This document shows, piece by piece, positions 1 to 7,714 of a stretch of DNA of 34,986 nucleotides; position 1 is the first letter of the stretch; each line of letters starts with the position of its first letter. Position numbers and translations under genes: made by a program. Source of the stretch: Bacillota bacterium (GTDB lineage Bacteria > Bacillota > UBA5301 > JASBVW01); contig JASBVW010000001.1 in assembly GCA_029961005.1 (NCBI GenBank), positions 1 to 34,986 on the forward strand. The letters are read 5' to 3'. The notes below the pieces were generated by a model. It was not told the origin of the DNA. It saw only the letters and a program-made list of their open reading frames with translations, and searched no databases.

Positions 1-110
1 AAAAACAAGATCCCAGAAAAGGACCAGGCTCCCCCTCTTCTTCGTTTTCGTCCCTTTTCTCTAAAACCCCTTACCTCTGCACAATCTGTGCTACTTTCTC
101 CCCGCTCGCC

Positions 111-187
111 CTCAAATCTCCAACATCCAACCTCTAACCTCTAACTTCCAATTTCCAACTTCTAACTTCTAACCTCCAACCTCCAAT
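111..187. repeat. Tandem array of 11 heptamers: plus strand YTCYAAY, minus strand RTTRGAR
   Basis: Direct reading gives ctcaaat ctccaac atccaac ctctaac ctctaac ttccaat ttccaac ttctaac ttctaac ctccaac ctccaat. The minus strand carries no C over 77 nt. The array spans the stop codon (169-171) of the gene 169..1416. Confidence 0.9.
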
Positions 188-1416
188 TTGGCGCAGATCT
201 CCTCCGCCACCCGCGCCGCACCGCCGGGCGGCCCCATGCGCGCCCGGCCCGCCTCCGCCATCTGACGGTAGACCACCGGGCTCTGCAGCACCTTCCACAG
301 CTCGGCAGCCATGCGCCGCGGATCGGGCTGGGGGACCAGGAGGAGGGCTTCTCCCAGCAGCTTCTTCTGCCTCTTGGCAAAGCGCTGGTTGTACTGGCGC
401 CCGGAGGTGACGCAGGCCACCACCGGCTTCCCCAAACCCGCCGCCTGTTCGTTGCCCGTCCCCGCCAGGCCCAGGACGGCGTCCGCCTGCCTTAAGACAT
501 CGCCAAACGGGCCTCTTACCACGGCGATGCGGGTTAGATCCCGATAGCTCAGCCAGACCGCGATCCCGTGCTGTTCTTCTTCGGGCGCGGGCGCCCGGGC
601 CAGCCAGCCCCGGGCCTCGACCGCCCTGGCCAAGCGCGCCGGGCTCAACCCGCTGGCCAGCGGCAGGAGAAAACGAGCCTGCCCCGAGACCAGGTCATCG
701 AACTTCCGGGCGGCTTCGGCCAGGAGGCAGGCGTTTTCATAGGCCTCCTGGCGGCTGCCGGGCAGGAGGGCAATGACGTAGGGCCGCTCCGGCGTCAGGT
801 AGCCCGACCCCCAGAGGGAAGCCCGGGTCTCCACCGGCTCCAGGCCAAAATTCTCCCCTGTGAACTGGAGGCAGTCCATCATCAGGTTGCCCACGTAGGT
901 GGCCCGGACCCCCCGCGCCGCCAGATCATCTGCGGTGTGCTGGTCCCGGGCAAAGACCTTCTCCGCGTGCCGGCGCATCAGGTCCACCTCCAGGTCGCTG
1001 TGCGGCGCGATGTAGCTCGACTTGGCCGTGGGAAGAAAGAAGAAGGGGCGCTTCAGGTAGCGGCCGTTGTACCAGACCAGGAGCACGTCGCCCAAACCCA
1101 CCACCAGGTCGTAGCCGGGAGCCAGGCGCCTTAATTGCCGCACCTGTTGCCGCACCAGGCAGAGTAGCCCCGCCCGCAGGTCCAGCCACAAATTATAGAA
1201 GCTGTTCAAGATAAACCCGCCGCTGGGCAGTTCCCGGCGCGGGCCCAGGATGGGAATCCCCGCCTTCTCATACGGCAAGCCCCGCCCCACCAGAGGAAAG
1301 GCCTCGACCGCCACCTCGGGGCAACGCCGGAGCAGGTGCTGCGCCAGGACGGCGCCCATCTCATCCTCGCCGTGGCCATTACTTAGGAACAGGACCCGTT
1401 TCTGCACTGCGGCCAT
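169..1416 (-). CDS. LpxB-related glycosyltransferase (GT19-like, lipid-A-disaccharide synthase-related protein type)
   Basis: 415-aa ORF. It has an N-terminal LSNGHGEDE motif, the LLPGSR motif shared with LpxB, and a C-terminal GLAGTGNEQAAGLGKPVV GT-B-like segment. A GGAG-rich RBS lies upstream of the ATG at 1416. Confidence 0.7.
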   Translation of the reverse strand: MAAVQKRVLFLSNGHGEDEMGAVLAQHLLRRCPEVAVEAFPLVGRGLPYEKAGIPILGPRRELPSGGFILNSFYNLWLDLRAGLLCLVRQQVRQLRRLAPGYDLVVGLGDVLLVWYNGRYLKRPFFFLPTAKSSYIAPHSDLEVDLMRRHAEKVFARDQHTADDLAARGVRATYVGNLMMDCLQFTGENFGLEPVETRASLWGSGYLTPERPYVIALLPGSRQEAYENACLLAEAARKFDDLVSGQARFLLPLASGLSPARLARAVEARGWLARAPAPEEEQHGIAVWLSYRDLTRIAVVRGPFGDVLRQADAVLGLAGTGNEQAAGLGKPVVACVTSGRQYNQRFAKRQKKLLGEALLLVPQPDPRRMAAELWKVLQSPVVYRQMAEAGRARMGPPGGAARVAEEICAKLEVGG

Positions 1417-1451
1417 CTTTCTCCTCTACTTCCACTTCCTCCACTCTTCTT

Positions 1452-2567
1452 TTAAGAACCGTTGCGGACCACCTCTCCCGGCCCAAACGTCGCGCCGGTA
1501 GCCACCTCGCTGTACGCTTCCACCACGCAGGTGTCGCTCAAGATCACCCCGGGGCTGAGCCGGGCGCCGGCGTGGAGCGAGCACTCGCTCCCCACTACGC
1601 AGTGGTCCAGGTGCGCCCCCGGTCCGATGAGGGTGTGCCCCCAAACCACGCTGGCCTCGATCACCGCCCCCTCCTCTACCCTGCACTGGGGGCCCAAGAC
1701 CACTTCCCCCCTGAGCCGGGCGCGGGGTCCGATTTCACACCCTTCGCCGATCACCGCCCGCCCTTCGATGCAGGCCGTAGGGTGAACGCGCGCCCCCTCG
1801 CCTACGACCACCGGCCGTTCCGCCGTCGGCAGGACCACGCCCGGCGTGTAGAGGCGCACCTTGCCCTGCAGCAGGTCGTAATGGGCGAGGCGATACTGCT
1901 GCAGGGTACCGATGTCGCACCAGTACCCGCTCATCCGGTAGCCGTAAAAAGGCGCCCCCTCCTCGGCCAGCCGGGGAAAGAGGTCGCGGCCGAAGTCGTA
2001 AAAGGTATCGGGCGGAATCAAGTCCAGCACCTCCGGCTCAAAGATGTAGATGCCGGTGTTGGCCAGCCGGCTCTGGGCTTCCTCCCGCTTCGGTTTCTCC
2101 TGAAAGCCCAGGATCCGCCCCTCCTGGTTGCAGACCACCACTCCGAAGTGGGTCGTATCCTCCACCTCTTTTAAGGCGATGGTCGCCAGCGCTCGCCGCT
2201 GGCGGTGGAATTCCAACATCTCCCCCAGATCTATGTCCGTCAAGGCATCGCCTGAAATGACCAGAAAGGTTGCGCCCCCCAAAAAATCCTTCAGCCGACG
2301 CACGCCGCCGGCGGTACCCAGGAGCTCCTTCTCGCGCGAATAGCGCAACTCAATGCCCCATCCGTGCCCGTCCCCGAAGTAGCCTTCGATTTCTTCCGGT
2401 TTATACCAGAGGTTGGCCGCTACTTCCCTGACGCCGTGGTGCAAAAGGAGGTAAATAATGTGCTCCATCGCCGGCCGGTTGACGAGAGGAACCATGGGTT
2501 TGGGAATATTCGAGGTCAAAGGTTCCAGGCGGGAGCCCACCCCCGCCGCCAAAATCATGGCCCTCAC
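1452..2567 (-). CDS. NDP-sugar pyrophosphorylase (sugar-1-phosphate nucleotidyltransferase) with a C-terminal left-handed beta-helix domain
   Basis: The N-terminus MILAAGVGSRLEPLTSNIPKPMVPL is the nucleotidyltransferase G-rich loop. GTAGG and ISGD motifs are present. The C-terminal third contains hexapeptide-like repeats (GEGARV, GEGCEIG, EEGAVIE). Confidence 0.8.
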   Translation of the reverse strand: MRAMILAAGVGSRLEPLTSNIPKPMVPLVNRPAMEHIIYLLLHHGVREVAANLWYKPEEIEGYFGDGHGWGIELRYSREKELLGTAGGVRRLKDFLGGATFLVISGDALTDIDLGEMLEFHRQRRALATIALKEVEDTTHFGVVVCNQEGRILGFQEKPKREEAQSRLANTGIYIFEPEVLDLIPPDTFYDFGRDLFPRLAEEGAPFYGYRMSGYWCDIGTLQQYRLAHYDLLQGKVRLYTPGVVLPTAERPVVVGEGARVHPTACIEGRAVIGEGCEIGPRARLRGEVVLGPQCRVEEGAVIEASVVWGHTLIGPGAHLDHCVVGSECSLHAGARLSPGVILSDTCVVEAYSEVATGATFGPGEVVRNGS

Positions 2568-2570
2568 TCA

Positions 2571-4343
2571 TCACACCCCTTTCGTCGCGCTGTGAAATTG
2601 CAGTTCGTGGAGGCGGTAGTACGCCCCTTTGCGCGCCAGCAGTTCCTCATGCTTCCCTTCCTCCACAATCCGGCCTCCCTCGATCACGATGATGCGGTGA
2701 GCCCTCCGGATCGTAGAGAATCGGTGCGCTATGACAAAGGTGGTCCTCCCTTCCATCAGGTGCTCCAGCGCCTCTTGCACCAACTGCTCGGACTCGGGAT
2801 CCAGGGCCGAGGTAGCCTCGTCCAGGATGAGGATCCGCGGGTCGCGCAGGAGGGCGCGGGCGATGGCAATGCGCTGCCTTTGCCCCCCGGAAAGGCTAAT
2901 GCCGGCCTCGCTGACCCGAGTTTCATACCCCTCCGGCAGCGCCATGATGAAGTCGTGGGCGTTGGCCATGCGGGCCGCCGCTTTAATCTCCTCCTCGGTG
3001 GCGTCCGGCCGCCCGTAGGCAATATTTTCCCGCACCGTAAGGCCGAAGAGGACCGTCTCCTGCGGCACTAGGCCAATCTGGGCGCGCAGCGTGCGCAACC
3101 GCACCCGCCGGATGTCAAAGCCGTCGATCTCGATCCAGCCCTCCGTGGGGTCGTAAAAGCGCGGAATGAGGTTGACCAGTGTGGTCTTGCCCGCCCCGCT
3201 GGGCCCCACCAGGGCCACCACCTCGCCGGGCTCCACCGTCAGGTTGATGCCCTCCAGTACGGGCCGCCCCGGCTCGTAGGCAAACCCCACCTGGTGGAAG
3301 ACCACCTTCCCTTTAATCCGCGGCAGGGGAACCGCCCCGGGGAGGTCGTTCAGGTCCGGCTCTGTGTCCAGAAGGGCAAAGATGCGATCTGCCGCTCCCA
3401 AGGCCTGGTGGACCAGGGCATAAGCCCCGCTCAGGCCGGTGACGGGCGAGGCCACCGCCGCCAGGTACCCCAGGAAGGCCATCATTCCGCCCAGGGTCAA
3501 CCTCCCCTCCAGCACTTCGTGCCCCCCGTACCACAGCACCAAGGCCGTACCCACGATAAAGAGCAGGTCGACCAGGGGCACGATGGTGGCCGTGATTTGC
3601 ACCGACTTCATGGAAGCCGCAAAGTTAGCCTCGTTCTGCTGGGCAAACCTCTTGCGCTCGTGCTCCTCCATGGTAAAAGCCTTGACGATCCGGATACCGC
3701 TCAAAGTCTCCTGCAACACGGTGGTAAGGTCGGCCACCCGCTCCTGGAGCGCCCGGGTCACGGCGCGAATCTCTTTCCCGGCCCGGTTGACCGCGTAGGC
3801 GATGGCGGGGAAGACCACCAGGGTCAGCAGGGCCAAGCGCCAGTGGAGGACGAAGATGGCCACCAACGCCCCGCTCATGAGCAAAAGCTGCTGGGCCAGG
3901 GGCGCGACACCGTTCGTCACGCTGTTTTGGATGAGGGCGGTGTCGCTGGTGATGCGGGCAATCATCTCTCCCGTGTGGCGCCGCTCGTAAAAGGAGAGGG
4001 AATGCCGCTGCAGGTGCTGATAAATCTCGTTGCGGAGGTCCACCACCATCCTTTGGCCTACGTAGGCCATCAGGTACGCCTGGCCGTAGAGGAAGAGCCC
4101 CCGGACTAGGAAGAGGAACACCAGCGCTACTGCAAGGATATTCAGCATGAAGGCGCTCTTTTCCTCCCCGAGGACCCGATCCACCAGTTCCCGCCCCACC
4201 AGCATGGGCATGTAGAGATTGACCAGGGAGACCACCACCACGCACAAAAAGCCCAAAAGCACTTCCCGCCAGTAAGGCTTGGCGTAGCGCAACAGTCTCC
4301 AGCCGGTGCTCAGTTGTCTGCGGCTCCGCCGTTCTCCGTCCAT
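2571..4343 (-). CDS. msbA: MsbA-like ABC exporter (fused transmembrane domain and ATPase), probable lipid A flippase
   Basis: 590 aa with a six-TM N-terminal half. Walker A is GPSGAGKTT, the signature is LSGGQRQRIAIARAL and Walker B is ILILDEATSALD. The functional call rests on its position inside the lpx cluster. Confidence 0.75.
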   Translation of the reverse strand: MDGERRSRRQLSTGWRLLRYAKPYWREVLLGFLCVVVVSLVNLYMPMLVGRELVDRVLGEEKSAFMLNILAVALVFLFLVRGLFLYGQAYLMAYVGQRMVVDLRNEIYQHLQRHSLSFYERRHTGEMIARITSDTALIQNSVTNGVAPLAQQLLLMSGALVAIFVLHWRLALLTLVVFPAIAYAVNRAGKEIRAVTRALQERVADLTTVLQETLSGIRIVKAFTMEEHERKRFAQQNEANFAASMKSVQITATIVPLVDLLFIVGTALVLWYGGHEVLEGRLTLGGMMAFLGYLAAVASPVTGLSGAYALVHQALGAADRIFALLDTEPDLNDLPGAVPLPRIKGKVVFHQVGFAYEPGRPVLEGINLTVEPGEVVALVGPSGAGKTTLVNLIPRFYDPTEGWIEIDGFDIRRVRLRTLRAQIGLVPQETVLFGLTVRENIAYGRPDATEEEIKAAARMANAHDFIMALPEGYETRVSEAGISLSGGQRQRIAIARALLRDPRILILDEATSALDPESEQLVQEALEHLMEGRTTFVIAHRFSTIRRAHRIIVIEGGRIVEEGKHEELLARKGAYYRLHELQFHSATKGV

Positions 4344-5614
4344 CTCGCTCTCTCCTCCAGGACCTCCCGCACCGCCTCCACCAGGCGTCGGGCTGCTCCC
4401 GGCTCCCCCGCCAGGGAGCGCAGCTCCGCCGAAAGGCGGGCCCTCTCCTCGGCGTCAGCCAGGAGGGCCAGGGCCGCCTCGGCCACCTCTTCCGGGGTTA
4501 AAACCCCTTTCAGCTCGGGGACCAGCATCCGCCCCGCCAGCCGATTGGGCCAGGAGACAAAGGACATCCGGCGCGCCAGGGCTAAGACCGCCCGGCGCTT
4601 CAGCCATCTCCCGAGCCCCGGCAGGCGCCCTACGTACTCTAAAATGCCCTCCACCGGGATCTCCTCCGGCTTGTTCAGGGGCAAAAGGACGAGCATGGGC
4701 AACCCCGCCACCGCCATCTCTAGGGTATTGGTACCCGGAACAGTCAGAGCCAGGTGGGCCTCCGCCATCAGGTCGTATTGCAGCCCTTGCAGAGCCCACC
4801 AGAGCGGCCCGGCCTGGCCGGCCGGATGCAGCCGCCACGCCCGCACCCCGGGTCCCCAGGTTTCCCAGGGGCCGGAGACCTCTGCGGCTTCGCCGGGCGC
4901 TCCCCCGGTCTCCGGCCGGGGCCGGCCCAGGGCTTGAAGGAACTCCTCCGCCCGGAGAAAAGGCGAAAGGCTCCAGATGATCTCCACCTCGGGGCGAGCT
5001 GCGGCCAGAAGCTGTGCCACCCGCACAAAAAAAGCCGCCAAGTACCGAAACTCCACCGGGCGACTGCCCGGGAGGATCAGGAGGCGCGGCCCCGGCCCCA
5101 GCCCCAACACCTGCGCCACCTCACCGGGAGGGCGGGTAGGCTGGACGGCCTCTCGGATCAGGTTGCCGATCACCTTGACCCGTTCCGGCGGCACGCCCCG
5201 CCGGAGCACCAGCTCCTGCACCTGGCGGTTGGGGACCAAAAAACAGGCAAAAGAGCGCCGCCAGTGGACCTGCCCTTCCGTATACGCCAGCACGGGCCAG
5301 TGCAGCCGGCGGCCCAGCAGCACGGCGTGGGCCAGGTCTCCTCCCAGGAAGAGGACTACGCCGCGCCGGTCCGGGACAAAGCCGGCCGGGCGGCGCCCCA
5401 GCAAGGCCAGGCGCAGGTAATCCCTGTTGCCCCACACCAGGTCCACTCCGGGCAGGGAGGCTACCACTTCCTCTTCCCTGCCGCTGGCAAAGGCACAGGG
5501 GGGAAGGACCACAATGCGCCGGGCTCGCGGGAGTTGGCAGCTGAGCTCGCGCAGCACCGGCCTCAACCAGCCCGCTACTTCCCCCGGGCTATTGACCGTA
5601 ATCAGGACGTCCAT
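4310..5614 (-). CDS. Second LpxB-family (GT19-like) glycosyltransferase paralog
   Basis: 434 aa. The N-terminus VNSPGEVAGW parallels the AGE(T/A)SGD motif of LpxB. It also has ILPGSR, and TVPGTNTLEMAVAGLPMLVL followed by SWPNRLAGRMLVPEL, which parallels SGTATLEATCLGTPMVVV and LPNIVAGWRVVPEL of the adjacent LpxB. It overlaps both neighbours by 26 and 34 nt. Confidence 0.6.
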   Translation of the reverse strand: MDVLITVNSPGEVAGWLRPVLRELSCQLPRARRIVVLPPCAFASGREEEVVASLPGVDLVWGNRDYLRLALLGRRPAGFVPDRRGVVLFLGGDLAHAVLLGRRLHWPVLAYTEGQVHWRRSFACFLVPNRQVQELVLRRGVPPERVKVIGNLIREAVQPTRPPGEVAQVLGLGPGPRLLILPGSRPVEFRYLAAFFVRVAQLLAAARPEVEIIWSLSPFLRAEEFLQALGRPRPETGGAPGEAAEVSGPWETWGPGVRAWRLHPAGQAGPLWWALQGLQYDLMAEAHLALTVPGTNTLEMAVAGLPMLVLLPLNKPEEIPVEGILEYVGRLPGLGRWLKRRAVLALARRMSFVSWPNRLAGRMLVPELKGVLTPEEVAEAALALLADAEERARLSAELRSLAGEPGAARRLVEAVREVLEERARWTENGGAADN

Positions 5615-6767
5615 TGGCAGACCTCCCCCGGGCCACCGCCACCACCAATTTGGCCGCCCGACGAACCGCGCCAGGTTGTCCCAGGAGCTCTACCACCCGG
5701 TGCAGCCTCTCCCTCATCTCCTCCCGCAGCGGCGGGGAATCCAGCAAGGCGAGGGCTTCGGCCGCGATGCGTTCGGGCGTGGCCTGGCGCTGAATCAGCT
5801 CCGGAACCACCCGCCACCCCGCCACGATATTAGGCAGGGCGATGTAAGGTACGCGCACCAAAAGCCGCGCCAAAAGGTAGGTGGGCCAGGAAAGGCGGTA
5901 GACCACCACCATGGGCGTCCCCAGGCAGGTCGCTTCCAGAGTGGCCGTGCCGGAAGCCACCAGGATCAGGTCGCAAGCGGCCATGACCTCGTAGGTCCGC
6001 CCCTGCACCACCCGCACCGGCAAGTCCGCCCGGCGGCGCAGGTAGGGCTCCACCTGCTCCGGGGTGATGCTGCTGGCCAGGGGCAGAAGAAAGGCCGCAG
6101 CGGGATAGCGCCTCCGGATGCGCTCGGCCGCCCCCAAAAGAGGCGGAAGGAGGAACTCAATCTCCTGCCTCCGGCTGCCCGGCAAGAGCCCCACCACCGG
6201 GGACGATTCTCCCGCCAGCTCTCGGCGCAGCTCCTCTCGCCCCTTCTCCACGCGCACTATATCCAGGAGGGGATGGCCGATAAAGTTCACCTCCGCCCCC
6301 GCCTGGCGATAAACCTCGGCTTCAAAGGGGAAGACGGCCGCCACCAGGGCCACGGAGCGGGCCACCTGCAAGGCCCGGCCGCGCCCCCAGGCCCAGGCCG
6401 AGGGGCTAAAGTAGTAAACTACCGGGACGCCCATCTTCTTCGCCGCCTCGGCCAAGCGGAGGTGAAAACCGGGAAAGTCGATCACCACCAGCACATCGGG
6501 GCGGTTCTGGGCCAGGGCCCTTTCCAGGAGCGCCAAAGCGGACTTTAAGGCCCTGTAGCTGCGCAGGGCCTCCCAGAAACCAACCGTGCTGAGAGACGTC
6601 GGATCGAAGAGCAGTTCCACCCCTGCCTGCCGCATCTGCGGCCCGCCCATGCCAAAGAGTTGCACCTCCGGCACCAACTCCCGCAGGGCGCGGGCCAGAT
6701 AGGCGCCGTGCAGGTCGCCCGAGGTCTCGCCGGCTGAGATCATGATGTGCAGAGCCCGGTTGTTCAT
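5589..6767 (-). CDS. lpxB: Lipid-A-disaccharide synthase LpxB
   Basis: Canonical LpxB motifs are present: ISAGETSGDLHGA, LLPGSRRQEI, ASGTATLEATCLGTPMVVVYR and ALPNIVAGWRVVPELIQ. I place the start at ATG 6767 (MNNRALH), which forms an ATGA stop/start overlap with lpxI. The ORF-track start at 6803 is probably an upstream extension. Confidence 0.9.
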   Translation of the reverse strand: MNNRALHIMISAGETSGDLHGAYLARALRELVPEVQLFGMGGPQMRQAGVELLFDPTSLSTVGFWEALRSYRALKSALALLERALAQNRPDVLVVIDFPGFHLRLAEAAKKMGVPVVYYFSPSAWAWGRGRALQVARSVALVAAVFPFEAEVYRQAGAEVNFIGHPLLDIVRVEKGREELRRELAGESSPVVGLLPGSRRQEIEFLLPPLLGAAERIRRRYPAAAFLLPLASSITPEQVEPYLRRRADLPVRVVQGRTYEVMAACDLILVASGTATLEATCLGTPMVVVYRLSWPTYLLARLLVRVPYIALPNIVAGWRVVPELIQRQATPERIAAEALALLDSPPLREEMRERLHRVVELLGQPGAVRRAAKLVVAVARGRSANGRPDYGQ

Positions 6768-7564
6768 AAGGCTTCCACCGCTATCCCCGCCTCGTCTGCA
6801 CACCGCAGGGTCTCTTCGCGGTCCAGCAAAAAGGTCTTTCCAGCCTCGATACCCAGAGCGGAGGCGCCCACCTCGATCATCGTCCGAATGGTGGAGAGCC
6901 CTACGGTGGGGATGTCAAAGCGGAGGTCCTGGTTGGGCTTGCTGACCTTCACCACCACCGCGCCGCCCCGCCCCAGGGTGCCGCCCCGCCGGATAGCGGC
7001 GTCCGTGCCTTCGATGGCCTCCACGGCGAGGACGGCCTTCTCTTTGACCACCACGGTCTGCCCGATATCCAACCCTGCTACGGCCTTGGCTCGCTCAAAG
7101 CCAAAGCGCATGTCCTCCCGCTCCCGCAGGTCGGGGGAGCGGCGGGAGAGGACCCCGGCCCCCGGCAGCAAGGAGCCGATGAGCAGGGTCTGCTGGTGCA
7201 CCCGCAACCCTTCCCGCTCGAACTCCTCCACCAGCGCCCGGAGCAGGGAATCGTCGTTGCGGTCGGAGATCCGTTCTAAAAGGCGCTGAAAGCGCCAGTC
7301 CAGCTCCTGGCCCTGATAGAGCAGCTCTTTACTCACTTTGCCTACCAGGACCAGGTCGGCCGCGCCGGCATCCTGCAGCGTCCGGATAATCCGGTCCAAG
7401 AAGCCGGCCGGCAGGGAGTAGAGTTCGTCAGCCACCCGCGCCAGCTCCGGATCGGGATGGGGGGCCAGATTGACTACTACCGTGCGCAGCCCTTGCTCCC
7501 GCGCCGCGCGCCCAAAGGCCACGGGAAGGCGCCCCGCCCCCGCTACGATGCCAATGGTCTCCAC
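6764..7564 (-). CDS. lpxI: UDP-2,3-diacylglucosamine pyrophosphatase LpxI (DUF1009 family)
   Basis: 266 aa. It has IGIVAGAGRLP at the N-terminus, GLDIGQTVVVKEKAVLAVEAIEGTDAAIRRGG, KPNQDLRFDIPTVG and a C-terminal GIEAGKT, typical of LpxI. The GTG start at 7564 is preceded by TTGGAGGTTGGAGA. Confidence 0.85.
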   Translation of the reverse strand: METIGIVAGAGRLPVAFGRAAREQGLRTVVVNLAPHPDPELARVADELYSLPAGFLDRIIRTLQDAGAADLVLVGKVSKELLYQGQELDWRFQRLLERISDRNDDSLLRALVEEFEREGLRVHQQTLLIGSLLPGAGVLSRRSPDLREREDMRFGFERAKAVAGLDIGQTVVVKEKAVLAVEAIEGTDAAIRRGGTLGRGGAVVVKVSKPNQDLRFDIPTVGLSTIRTMIEVGASALGIEAGKTFLLDREETLRCADEAGIAVEAL

Positions 7565-7580
7565 TCTCCAACCTCCAATG

Positions 7581-7630
7581 AAAAGAAAGAGCCGCCGGCG
7601 GTCTCCGGAGGCCGCCCTCCCCTTCGGCTC
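7581..7630 (-). terminator. Intrinsic-terminator-like stem-loop with a U-tract in the lpxA-lpxI spacer
   Basis: On the minus strand an outer stem GAGCCG/CGGCTC encloses an inner stem GGCGG/CCGCC. TTTCTTTT follows immediately. The element ends 17 nt upstream of the lpxI start. Confidence 0.45.
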
Positions 7631-7714
7631 TCCCTACCCTATACACTTGACAGCCCGCCGTTCGAAGATACACTTCTTCTTCGACACCGCGGGCTGTTCC
7701 CCTTTCCCTGAGCC

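Noticed and set aside
78-87. A 10-nt motif tgcacaatct is shared between this spacer and the S55-tamB spacer (25777..25786). At the first site it is part of a small hairpin, GCACA-GAT-TGTGC (79-91).
   Set aside because: A single 10-mer match among the intergenic regions is about what chance predicts. The flanks do not align, and no convincing -35/-10 spacing can be built around either copy.
111-187. I considered whether the short tandem repeat could be a degenerate CRISPR array or an assembly artefact.
   Set aside because: The units are 7 nt with no spacers, so it is not a CRISPR array. The unit variants are ordered in pairs and the array is embedded in unique flanks including a gene end, so I kept it as a real repeat (see findings).
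4306-5833. Several plus-strand ORFs (224, 207 and 359 aa) and same-strand alternative-frame ORFs over the GT19 paralog region.
   Set aside because: They are extremely Pro/Arg/Gly/Ala-rich, overlap one another and overlap the minus-strand genes that carry conserved LpxB-family motifs. They are typical alternative-frame noise.
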